From the NCBI GenBank assembly GCA_965153285.1, contig OZ229116.1: a stretch of DNA of 64,000 bases; one strand, 5' to 3'. Shown here in pieces: positions 40,421 through 51,579 of the stretch. The stretch comes from Podarcis tiliguerta (Eukaryota). Each line of letters begins with the position of its first letter. Position 1 is the first letter of the stretch. The notes beneath the pieces were generated by a model, which was given only the letters and a program-made list of their open reading frames with translations, ran no database searches and was not told the DNA's origin. The position numbers and the translations under genes are program-made.

Positions 40421-40716
40421 TAACTTTTATATTTTGTATTAAAGGCAGTTCGTGCTTGCTTTTGTTAAAAGGATAATAATAGAAACAACAGGATATAAGC
40501 CAGTCTGTTTTTGTTTGTTTGTCTGTCTGTCTTTTTGTAAAAAATAAATTGTGGAAGATAACACTATTTCCCTGTTTGTCTCATTAAAAGTCTAGCTGCA
40601 CAGGGTTTGAGTTGCATAATGTAAGAAGCCTGATGCGCCATCTTGTGTCAGATGTTAGATGCGTCAATAATTGCTGTATCCAGAATCGGATGTCTGGCTT
40701 CAACCACTGTTTATAA

Positions 40717-40852
40717 CAGGCACAGGCAAACTCGGCCCTCCAGATGTTTTGAGACTACAGTTCCCACCATCCCTGGCCACTGGTCCTGTTAGCTAGGGAT
40801 GATGGGAGTTGTAGTCCCAAAACATCTGGAGGGCCGAGTTTGCCTGTGCCTG
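40717..40852. mobile_element. Palindromic ~136-bp hAT MITE
   Basis: Near-perfect long arms. Perfect TSD GTTTATAA. Confidence 0.93.
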
Positions 40853-41105
40853 GTTTATAACTTTGTACCTGTGACACCACCAAGCTCTGCACCTCCTAAT
40901 CCTTAACCTGTCGGGTTCTGCTGGTGGGAGTAGCTTGGCAGGGTAAGCTGAATTTGTAGCACCCATCATTTTTGGGAGGCACTGTAGCGATAGACCAACA
41001 TGTCCAGAGTTCTAGACTGGGAAGACTCTGGGATTACAGGGTGAAAAGGCATGTTATGAGTATTAATAATAAACAAATAATCCTGCCCTCTCTCTTTTAC
41101 TTTAG

Positions 41106-41240
41106 GATGCTTTTGTGGAGCTCTACAGCAACAACATGAGGCCTTTGTTTGATTTCTCGTGGCTGCCTCTGAAGACAATCCTGAGTCTGGCTGTTGTGGG
41201 TGCCTGCATCACCCTTGGAGCTTATCTGGGGCATAAGTGA
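41106..41240 (+). CDS. BCL2: BCL2 apoptosis regulator, terminal coding exon (end of BH2 plus C-terminal transmembrane anchor)
   Basis: After the acceptor AG, phase 0 reads [44 protein letters not shown]. This closely matches the BCL2 C-terminus (DAFVELY...[34 protein letters not shown]). Confidence 0.98.
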   Translation, partial: DAFVELYSNNMRPLFDFSWLPLKTILSLAVVGACITLGAYLGHK

Positions 41241-41389
41241 CTTCAACCAACTTGTGGCGAACTGATGAAAAAGTCTTTTTTTTAATTGAAAAGAGAGGAT
41301 CAGAAAGCATGAGAGCTTTTTTTGTTTTGTTTTTCCTGTAGCATAATGCTATTATTTTATGAGCCAAGTATCTTTCTGTCTAAATATTA

Positions 41390-41460
41390 AATCAGCTATT
41401 ACTGCCAAAGGGAATATTCATTTATTTTTTACAGTGCAGGAGAAGAGTTATTTATTGAAG
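41390..41460 (+). promoter_or_regulatory. Proximal 3'UTR control block: miR-34/449 seed (ACTGCCA 41401-41407), miR-204/211 8mer (AAAGGGAA 41407-41414), AU-rich element (TTATTTATT 41448-41456)
   Basis: Motifs read directly from the sequence. Context aatcagctatt-actgccaaagggaa-tcatttattttttaca resembles the mammalian BCL2 ARE region. Confidence 0.75.
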
Positions 41461-43794
41461 ATATTTTACATTTAACCTGCTATTTTCCTGAAATTCTGCA
41501 AGTTATACCCACGTGCATCTTTATAACGGAAGTTTAAGGACACTCCAAAGATCTTCAGCTTTCTTGCAAAATGCCGCTCGACAAGACTATTTTTATCACA
41601 TTGGACTGTAGGGCACAAGAGACTGAGGTGTTTTATCTGCAGGAAAGACAGTAAATGGGCTACTTGCAGAGGTGTAAATTTGCAGTTTATTGCTCTGCCC
41701 ACTGAAGGAGGAAGTAAATCGCAGCATGGATGAGATGGGAGCAATTTCAAGCCAGTAACGCCTTTGGGATATAGCAATTCGACATGGTACCTATCCAGAG
41801 CGAGAAACGACGCGAGGTTCAGGCCAGTAATAAAGCCCATGTAGCTCGTCAGCTCAGGCCCAAAGCTGACGTCTGGGAATACGATTTCATCCCAACTTGT
41901 GAAGCATCCCGATATGTACTGTTTTGTGCCACTCGACACCACCATAGGTCATCGTTGGGAGGATACCATTTGTGCATCCTCAAAGCAACGATTTGAAACG
42001 AAATAACTTTGGAACTGCAGAACAAATATTCTGTTTATAGAGTATATTCTTCAATCCTCACTTTACCACATGGCCATCAGGAAACCGTAAGTGCCTGCCA
42101 CCTGCCTTGCAGGACCCGGAGCCTGGATGTTCTGGCTTGCATCCCCCACTGGAGCAAGAGTTTATCCACAGCCGATCCTACTTTTACTGTCTGATTTCTT
42201 CTTTGCCAGGGAGGGTGGGGTGGTGGTCTTAAAAGCAATCCACCGTTGGTTGCTGAATAATACATCTCGAAGCCAAGAGAGGCCCAAGAATTGAAATCAG
42301 GTGACAAGAGATTAGCTCGGATCCGCCATCTTTATTAAAATGGACCACCCCACCCCCCTAAATTAAGTTCTTTGCATTTTATTTTTCTCTTAAGTGGAGC
42401 TTTATTCCCCTCAATAGTATTGCGTCCTGGTTATTTCTTTAAGACCGTCTTCAAAAGGATCAAGAATGCATCCATTGCCTCCATCTGCAGAGGCTCACAG
42501 ACATCATCCCGTTCCCTAAGGTGCCTATTGCCTTTTGTATGGAAACCTGGGGAGGAAGAGGGGAGGGAGGGGGAAATCCTTGTTTAAAATCCTTTTCAGT
42601 AAGATGAAAGCAGAGTAAGACCACTTTTCTGAGAGTACCTTATTTTGTTTTTTAAAAATCCTAAACACGTAGCATGAGATAGATCACTAGGAGCACGGCT
42701 GTCATCGTGGTTGAGCATCGATGAGAGCCTGCCATGACCCACTGCTGACCACCAGAGCCCCCAGGCCCTATACCTGGCTATTGCTGCGAGCTCACCTGTC
42801 CTCCCAGGTGTGCAAACAGCAGAAAAAGAAGCACCATTCGCTTCCCTTGGCCTTCTCCTTCTGGGCAGGTGTGTGGATTGTATCCAGAGGAAAAGGGCAA
42901 TTGAATGGGCAGTGGTGACAGCAGCAAGGAGGTGGGCTTCCCCAAATATGTGAGGTCCCTTGAGAGCTTCTTGGTGTACTGCAGCTTTGTAAATAACGGA
43001 AGTTACTAGCCTGCAAAAAAGAAGAAGCATTAGCTTACTAAGGGCCTAGTAGCCCATTCTTCCATGCTGGCTGCAGAGGGAGGGTCATATGCTACTAGCC
43101 AATCAGCAAGCTAGTAAAATGAATAGCCTTCTCCCAAGCAGACCATTGATGGAGTGAGCTGTCCTTGTTCTGCCAGGCCACTGACTTGCTTGTAGGGAAT
43201 TCCTGGTCACCTACACTGACCAGGCGAGCTGTTATGAGGCTGGTGTTGCGGAATCTTCATTGCTGAAGGTATTTAAGAACAAGTTACAGCTGAATGGGGT
43301 TGGGTTGCCTGAGGTGGGCTCAACCCCTAAAGTCAAAGAACTGGCAGGGTGGTCTCTTCCTCAGTGCTTCCAAGAGGGTGCTTACAGTGGGTTCAGTGCT
43401 TCTCAAACATGCAAACATGTCTGTATTCACCCCCCACCTATATATATATATAGAGAGAGAGAGAAAGAGAGAGAGATTGAGAGAGAGATTTACCCCTTCT
43501 GAGGAAAGTCCAATAAGAGGGGGAGAAACCTGTTAGTAATGACATGTTTGTGATATCTCAATAACCTTTTAGCAACTTAAGCTCCCTCTGGTCATGTATT
43601 CAAATATATCTACCACTTTAACAAAGGCAACTCTAGATTGGATGCTTTGCCGTAATGGCCAGTTGTTGATATCAGTGTAATACATTAAGTGGGGAAAAGG
43701 CCAAGGGGTCAAAAGAAACTCACACACACAACAAATGCTTTCCTGCATGCTCAGGACAGTTTTTGTCACTAGCATCAACCCTTATTACAGTATA

Positions 43795-43956
43795 GGGCTG
43801 GATCTACATTGATCTGTTAAACATTACTAAATAAAACGTTATGTAACGTTCAGTGCTTTTTTGCATTGCCAGTGGTTCACTGCTCTGCAGCACCCTCTGG
43901 TGCCACATTTTAATAACACATTTTTAACATTATAAACCACAAGTGTAGATCTGCCC
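43795..43956. mobile_element. PIF/Harbinger-like MITE in the BCL2 3'UTR
   Basis: Inverted ends GGGCTGGATCTACA / TGTAGATCTGCCC. Confidence 0.6.
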
Positions 43957-46151
43957 TGGGATTCTGCATGGGGCGGGGGGGGGGATGCCCCACCAGCCCT
44001 CACGAGCAGTTTTGTGATGTTGCAGTGGGGAGCCAGAATAGTCTAAGCATATACAAAAAGCCAACTCTCCATTAGTTCTTTGGATCCAGCCAATGAGTTT
44101 CGGGCCATATTAATGCAAGGGCTTTTTATTTTTATTTTATTTAAACAATACATGCCCCAAAGGAACAAAATCTAAATTAGATGTGGTGGACATGTTTGAC
44201 TTCTGTAAATTTCCATCTTTAAAAAAACCCTCACCTTTTTATTTTATTTTTCTGTTTATAAAACTGTACAGAAATGGATTTTATACATTAATATGCATCC
44301 AATAATAAATATCTGGGCTGAAGTACAGTTGCTTTAACACTTAAGATGACATAGATAGATAAATAAGTAAATAAAGCGAAAGAAAGAGAAGAAGGCTTAT
44401 CAGATCTGCGTGAAATATCTTAATTTTGTGGCATTATATGCAAAAAAAAAAAAAAAATCTAGGGAATGTAATATTTTCATTGCTTAAGGCTGTAGTTTAT
44501 ATCATGTCTTCAAAGCTGCTTTTTAAAAGATGGGCAGAATCCACCAAGGAGCTACTCTTGTTCAGCTCCCAGTCATTAAAACGGAGCATGTGCAAGAAAA
44601 GTTCCTTGAGGAGTGCGCCCAATGTGTTAATGCATCTCAGCATCGCTGTAGCTACTCTACAGTTATGGCACTTGTACCCGTCATTTCAGGAGCGACAGTG
44701 AACTAAGCTTTTACGCTTCACGACAGAAATAAATGTATAAAGGCATTTGTTCAAACTTATGTACCCTCGATACCATAACTTCACCAAGCTGAAATGCTTA
44801 GCTTTGCAAAAGCTGAAATGCTTATGAATAAATGTCAAAAGGAGGAATTCAGAAGAAGCTAGGCTCACCTTCATCCTATGGTTTAAACGTTTCTAACATT
44901 TATTGCATTGTCCGAAGAGTAAAAAACAACAACACAACAACATCATATGGGGGTGGGAATTAATTGTCTAACAAACCACATCCTTCTGAGATTCCAAGTA
45001 ACTATGCTGCGAAGGAGGTACCTATGTGTTGCATAACGCATAGGTTTCCATGCGCCAGTGAAGCTGCAGTATTCAATGGTTTTCATCAGTGTTGCATGCC
45101 AATAACTTCACCAAGGGCTGGTTCACATATCACTTGATCTTTCCTCATTTGTTTGCTTAGTACTTAGCAACTCTCACAGCCCGGGGGTTCTATGCTAGGA
45201 TAGGTGTGTTTAGTGGTTTAAGCATGCCTAACTCTGCATAAGATGAGGCTGTCCCGTTCAATATGCAATCTGTCTCTGTTGTAAAGTACTATTGTTTGGG
45301 TTGGCATCAAGTTATGTGAAATTTCTGTCAGTGGCAAGTATGCACATATATCGCCACAGCCGATAAGTAATGGTCATATGTGTTTGAAATGGCCCTAAAT
45401 TCAACTCACGGTGCAAACATACCCTAGGACAACATCCTTCAATCTTGGGTCCCTAGATGCTGTTGTATTACAAAACTCTCATCATTCTTGACCGTTCGCC
45501 AGCAGCATCTGGGAACCCAAGACTGAAGACACTGCCTTCAGCATGGGAACAACCAGTAATAACATGGGAACAACCAGTACTGCACCATATCCTAAACCTG
45601 CTGAGACATGTTACAGTATGACATGGGAGAAGAAAAGGCATCCTGTGCCCAAGATCTGTATCTGTATCTGTACCAAGATCTACGCTTGAACTGTTGCAAC
45701 ATGCTTGGCAGGCAGAGAATCTGGTGCCATACTTCCCAACTTGTGCAAGGCAACCATTATGCATGGGTCAAGACGACAGCAGCTTTTGTTGTTCTGAGCC
45801 AGCAAATAGGCTGGGCAGCCTGACCCTAAGCAGCTGCATTATCTGGAGTGGCAGAGATGGAACAAAAGCAAACAGATTCTGCCTTCCACTGTTCTGTGCG
45901 ATGCCAATACCCTGGTGCCACTTCTGTGCCATCCCAGCACAGAGGCATCGCAACATGGAGCTAGGTTCAAGCTCTCTATTTAGCACGCTTCAAACGGTAG
46001 CTGCAAACTCCTCATCGCAAATAGTGGGTTCCGGGCCTCAAACGTTACCAGCAAAGAAGAATTGGGTCTTTTTTTTCTTTTCTTTTTTTAGCTGAAGGTT
46101 TACAATTGTCAAAATGAAATGGTAATGAGAATGAACTATATGATATGTCTG

Positions 46152-46159
46152 TGCTGCTA
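46152..46159 (+). promoter_or_regulatory. miR-15/16 family 8mer site (TGCTGCTA)
   Basis: Exact 8mer inside a block (gaaggtttacaattgtcaaa...ctgtgctgctat...aagctgctttag) resembling the human BCL2 miR-15/16 site context. Confidence 0.8.
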
Positions 46160-46504
46160 TTCAACCATGATTCTTTGAACAAAGTTTTATTTTGTGGCAT
46201 CACCCAGTTCCGAGACTTTTCAAAGCTGCTTTAGGTGTAATTTGAAGTAGTCACGTTACAAGGCATTTAGCTAGATGCTGACAATTGATGTTTTATTGTG
46301 TCTCTGTCCGCTGGGCTTCACAGTATCTTAATAGGTGTATGCCAGAGAAGGCCAGGTGTGCTGTTGATAGTCTATATTTTATGCAGGTGATCTTCGGTGT
46401 TCCCTCCTCCCATCTTTGCTGCAGAATTGTACAGTGTTGTGGCTGCACTAGCTATAAGGACAGTTGATACTGCTAATAGTCATGTTAAACATATTTAGAA
46501 AGGT

Positions 46505-46512
46505 TGAATGTA
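46505..46512 (+). promoter_or_regulatory. miR-181 family 8mer site (TGAATGTA)
   Basis: Exact 8mer in tgaatgtatataaaagc, matching the recalled human BCL2 context. Confidence 0.75.
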
Positions 46513-46854
46513 TATAAAAGCTTGAAACTGCCCTTTCCCTGAGCTTTTTCACCGTGACTGGCAGCCTTTCCTGGATTCACCTGGTACATTGTTTTGGTTT
46601 AGGGGTGGGGAAGCCCTGAAAAACATTGAATCAGTAGCACTTTGTCCTTGCACAAGGAACCAAGACTCAAGTGACTCTCCCTAGGCTGTGCCATAATTCC
46701 ACAGCAGAACTGACGTTTCCACAGGAGTCTCTTGCTTGTGTGCTCATTTATACTTATGCACTCAACCAAGCTGGCTCCCATTAACCTTGTGCATAATAAC
46801 TCAGTTCTGAGGGGCCAGTTCTAAAAAAAATGACAGTGCTAAGAAAATAACTGC

Positions 46855-46990
46855 ACATAGAATGAATTACAGAGTTGGAAGGGACCCTGAGATTCATCTA
46901 GTCCAGCGCCCTGCAATGCAGGAATATGCAGCTGTCCCATACTGGGATCGAACCTGCAACCTTGGCGTTATCAGCACCATGCTCTAACCG
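46855..46990 (-). mobile_element. SINE with tRNA-Ile-derived head and CR1-type tail, antisense in the BCL2 3'UTR
   Basis: The minus strand reads GGTTAGAGCATGGTGCTGATAACGCCAAGGTTGCAGGTTCGATCCC (tRNA-Ile-like), then the CR1 tail gtcccttccaactct. Confidence 0.75.
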
Positions 46991-47605
46991 TGCCACAGGA
47001 CCTACCATGTGAAACTGCTGGAGGTAGTTAACAGTGAAGCTTTTGCTGTCTCTGTGAATGGGAAGAAGTAAGAAAATGCCTCCAGAACGGCCCTCCCTGG
47101 CCAAATACATTGTGTGCAGGCTCAAGAAAGAAAGAGCCCTGGAAGATGGACCAAAAGAAAGAGCCCTGTAGGATGGACCAAACTATCCTGCCCAAACACA
47201 TACACACACAACACACACACAGTGTAATCTTCAGTGCCTGCACACACAAACCAGTTTGGTTAGGTTTCATTCCAGAGCTGTGCTGCTCCGGTGTTAACAA
47301 TGAGCTGCAAGCAAATACACAGGCACCCCTCTTCCCTTCTTCATCAGTTTCAGGTGTAATGAAGCTAGCATCTAAAGATGGCAGAGTGGCTCTCAACGAC
47401 AAATGGGTCAGAGTGCATTGGGTTTCAGCTTTGTTTCTGGAGGTTTTTGTTTTACCCCATATAGGCTACTAAGGACCAAATTATAAATGATCTTAACTGA
47501 TTGAATGTATTTGACATACATATTTTTCACTGATACTGGGATGGGGAGGAACGTGAACCATTCCCTGTTCCTCCATGGTTCGGATGAAAATAGCCAACCC
47601 ACAGC

Positions 47606-47899
47606 TAGGGATGAGAGAGAAACTCCCATTTGCTTTTTCCATTTTGATTTGCACTTCCCCAAACAATATGCGAACTGGAACGCAAGCTATCCTTCAGAAT
47701 TCACATGTCTCCAACCAAAATGTATTATGTATGGGGAATGTACAGGCTTGCAAAGCAAAGAAACGTGTACAATAGGAGAAGCGTGCCCTAAAATGCTGGT
47801 GAATATTTGTGAGGACTTCTAAAAGTTTCTCAGATTTATCAATGTGACAAACTGGACTTAAGGTTGGAAATCAGAGCTGACAGCCTTGTCCCATCCCTA
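47606..47899. mobile_element. Old MITE with TAGGGATG...CATCCCTA ends (hAT-like); relatives near 31220-31863, 36580-36810, 37160-37360 and 50221-50641
   Basis: Short inverted ends, plus degenerate internal similarity among copies. Confidence 0.55.
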
Positions 47900-49185
47900 T
47901 CTACAGCTGCTTCCCTAGGAGGAAGGCTTCCATTAAGTGCCAATGGAAGCTTCCCCGCCAAGTCTGCTAGCAGATTTTGGGGAGTGATTTCCACTGGGAA
48001 AACGGCAAGTGGGAAGAGTTACCCATCACCCCTTCCCTGAGCACCACTCTCCTTCCCCTGATCACAAGGCCAGGGCCGTTATGCAGAAGAAGAAACAGCT
48101 TGACCCTGGACCAGAAGTGTTTACTGATGTGGCACTGGGGATTCGTTTCTGCAGATATTGAATGGCTATGCAACTGTGGTTTATGTAAGCCGCTTTTCAA
48201 CAGCAGTTATGGAGGCAAACCCAGTTCCATTTGACCCCAGATCACTGTGGTATGACAAGCCACTAACTACTTTCCAGTGCTAAACAACAACAGCAAAATG
48301 GAAGCGGCGTACATGGCTTGGGTTCTAGCGGAAGAGTTAGACAGACCTTCCATGTTCAGAGGCAGTGATGCAGGAGGGCTTCATTGCACAAGGAGAACCA
48401 CCAGGGTTTGCATCAATAGGAAGGCTGAAACATTTCTGAAAGCGCCAACATTTTCTTTTCTAACTGGATAGAGAGAAAACAAAAGATGAGTTAATTTAAT
48501 TAGCAGGTTGTTGTTTTTTAAATCTGCTTAAAGTTAATGCAGCTTCATCCATACACAACATCCAGCCACGCTGGAACACTCTCTTAATCCTGCAAAGGTG
48601 TCTGCTTTTCGCTCAGTTAAACCATCAAGGAAGGTCCACGCATGAGGGCTGCTGCAACAGTGATGCACAGATGTTCCAAGCAGGGCTCAACTGAGGCCTG
48701 CTACCACCTCCCTCCCTCCCCATCTATCCACACACATGCAGGCAGCAATCATGGGACATTATGTATGTTTCTCTCATCTCCCCACCCAGCCATCCCTCTA
48801 TGCACCTTGCAAACATTTACTTGCAAGCACAAGTAACTTGCACTGAGCAGAGAGGAAGGCTTGATGATGAAATTGGAGCCTCTCACACAGTTGCTACTTC
48901 CCAGTGCACTGCAAGCAGGCTAGCTGTGCAGATTAGCCATGCAAGTGGACCGTGCTCCTATTTTTCTTCTGTTTGGATTTTAATTAGCACCAGCATTGCT
49001 GTAATACACAGATCTAGTTTATTTCCGTGTTTTGGATGTTGTATGTAATGGGTTTTTTTTAAAAAAAAATGTTTGCCTGTATATTACCATTTATTAAAAT
49101 AATCACATCGTTTTATTTTAAAGTCGACATAAATCATGCTGCCATTAAACGTTCCATGTCTTCAGCTAATTTTGTGTGAGAGAGA

Positions 49186-49196
49186 AATAAAATAAA
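49186..49196 (+). terminator. BCL2 polyadenylation signal (two overlapping AATAAA)
   Basis: AATAAA at 49186-49191 and 49191-49196, in a block resembling the human BCL2 mRNA end (tgccattaaac...aataaag.aca.tgtgagat). A GT-rich tract (ggcttttggtttg) follows. Confidence 0.85.
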
Positions 49197-49406
49197 GCAC
49201 ACTGTGAGATGTCGGCTTTTGGTTTGATTCCGAGTACTGGAAAATTAACGTGCTGTTTCCATAGACCGTGGCCTAATAATTAAAGCGAGGCCAAAACATC
49301 CATTTCCACTTGGCAATATCATCAGACATGTTTTTTGAACCTGTGGAAAATATATTGCATCACTAATATTGCACTCTGCTTTGGTCAGTTTTCTTCCTTA
49401 TTTATA

Positions 49407-49648
49407 CAGTGGTACCTCGGGTTACAGATGCTTCAGGTTACAGACACTTCAGGTTACAGACTCTGCTAACCCAGAAATAGTACCTCGGGTTAAGAACTTT
49501 GCTTCAGGATGAGAACAGAAATAGCACGGTGGCGGCACAGCGGCAGCAGGAGGCCCCATTAGCTAAAGTGGTACCTCAGGTTAAGAACAGTTTCAGGTTA
49601 AGAACGGACCTCCAGAATGAATTAAGTTCTTAACCCAAGGTACCACTG
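49407..49648. mobile_element. Tigger/pogo-like MITE
   Basis: TIRs and TA TSD. Confidence 0.92.
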
Positions 49649-49654
49649 TACGGT

Positions 49655-50170
49655 GCAAGCTGCTGGCATCTGTCTGTCTCAAGATAGACAATGGAGTGCC
49701 CCTCCAGGGTGAAATCAAACCACTTCAATAACAGCACCAAAGTGACCTCCCTAGGGTGCAAGCCTGGCCAGTGTGTATAGAGGTCCTGGGCTGCCAGACA
49801 AAAAGACCCCCCTCTTGGCCTCCTCCTCCTAGATGGGCTACCTTCCCAGGTTGAGGAGCCCCATCTGCTCCTTGCTTCCCTCTACAGCACATGCAGAAAC
49901 TGCCTTCTTGACCGTTGGACCCACTACTGGTCTCAATTGCTCAACCCCCCAGAGCCTGTCTTCACATGCAGGGAAAGTCCCTAACTCGCTAAAGGTTTGA
50001 GATCCATAAGCTCCCCTCACCTGGTTTAGCCGGCCAGTCAAAGCTGGGGTGTGGCCACTGTCATATACTGACATCTACTAGGAGCCACAGGTGAGAGCTG
50101 AGTGCAGGATGGGGATCAAAGTTGGACAAACTACCCCAGTAGGAGAATGACATGCCCCCCACAAGAGGTG
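49655..50170. mobile_element. Probable RTE-type retroelement fragment
   Basis: Resembles a recurrent squamate repeat as I recall it. No diagnostic ORF seen. Confidence 0.35.
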
Positions 50171-51299
50171 CTACTTCTCACTTGATTGTGGGCAGCAGGG
50201 CTTTGCAGGGGACTCTTGGGTAGGGATGGAAGAGAGATTTGATTTTTGTTTGTTTGTTTGCATTTTAATCAGAAACTACCTATTCACACTTCTCAAACCA
50301 ATATGCAACCCGAAACACAGCTTTCCTTTGAAATCTGCACATCTCCAATCAAATATGATGTGCAAAAGTGCGTATATTGGGTGTAAGTGTGCATAAAAGA
50401 GCACATGTTAAATGAAAATAACATGTACTGGGGGAAATTGCTTGCAAAAGTACTGTACATTAGTTAAAGCTACATATGAAAAAAAATGTGTTTATTAGGA
50501 TAAATTTGCACTTCAAATGCTGATGAATTTTCAATGAGGAGTTCACCAGAATCAAGTAGCTGAAAAAAACGTGGAGAACTCAATTTAAGCCTGGAAAAAT
50601 GGGAAACTTTGAGAACCAAAATGGACAGATTTGTCCATCAGTACTCTTGTGGAAGCTTGGAAAAACAGCAAGAGGCACAAGCCTAATTTGATCCACTCCC
50701 CTCCATCCCTGGGTGCCTTAGCTGAAGTTGAGTATCAGTTGGAGAAAGCTGGGAAAGAAGACTGAGAAAGAATGATTCACATATATATGACTCAAAGCAC
50801 TAAGCAGCCCAAAACATTTCTTTTTATGATTACAGGCCTTGCGCAAATCTCATGTGAGGAGCATACAGGCCACCCATTGAAACATCACCACATGGATGAC
50901 AAATTCCCCCCTCCCAAAAAACCCCCAAAATGTTCTCAAGAGATTCCATACCAGGAGTGACTGCAAATGTACAACTGGTTAGGCTTACTTATCAGATTTT
51001 GCATGGTAAGAGAAAATCCAGATTAAACAAAGTACAGGTGGGCATTTTGATGATCTTGTGTGGACACACTCAGTGGCGTAGCGTGGGTTGTCAGCACCCG
51101 GGGCAAGGCAAGTAATTTGTGCCCCCTAACCTGTGGATTTGCGCCCCCTAACCCTAACCCCCAGATGTTGCGCCCAGTGCGGCTGGCCCCCCCTGCACCC
51201 CCCACGCTACGCCACTGGATGCTCCCACTGGTGCAACCACCCTACCCCAACCTCGCTACTATCACCCTGTCCCAACGCTGTCCAAATATGGAGCAGTGA

Positions 51300-51462
51300 C
51301 AGAGGTGGATTAAGGGACGCGCAACTGGTTATCACACTAGTGAGAGGGCACTGCAGGGGGGCTGCAACAATGACTTATAATGAAAGTCGAGAGATGTGGA
51401 TGGGGGTGCCAATTTTTGTTGTGTTGCGCAGGGCGCCGTTGAAATTTGAAAGTCTGCCTCTA
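51300..51462. mobile_element. Degenerate small hAT-like MITE inside the captured segment
   Basis: Imperfect inverted ends CAGAGGTGGATT ... AGTCTGCCTCTA, with subterminal gcgcaac/gttgcgc. Confidence 0.45.
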
Positions 51463-51579
51463 GCAGACTGCGTTGTAAGGAGGTTGGCTCACCACACATG
51501 CCTTAAGAATAATGAGTCTTTTTCAGTGTGGACTAAGTAATTATAAACCAGGTCTTACCTTTCGGCAGGACCACTGTAC

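Larger units (their letters stand above)
1..41105 (+). other. BCL2: 3' portion of the large last intron of BCL2 (upstream exon lies outside the window)
   Basis: Ends in a pyrimidine tract plus AG (ccctctctcttttactttag) directly before the BCL2 terminal exon. No other credible coding exon seen. BCL2 is known to have a very large last intron. Confidence 0.85.
41241..49212 (+). other. BCL2: BCL2 3'UTR (~8 kb)
   Basis: Follows the stop codon. Blocks at ~41390-41460, ~44460-44530, ~46095-46250, ~46420-46520 and ~49140-49210 resemble the human BCL2 3'UTR as I recall it, in colinear order. Ends after a double AATAAA. Confidence 0.85.

Noticed and set aside
41472-41945. 157-aa minus-strand ORF and other ORFs within the BCL2 3'UTR
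   Set aside because: No recognisable domain or splice structure. Lengths are compatible with chance.
43490-43540. Possible hammerhead core (CTGAGGA...GAAAC)
   Set aside because: The required helices do not pair.
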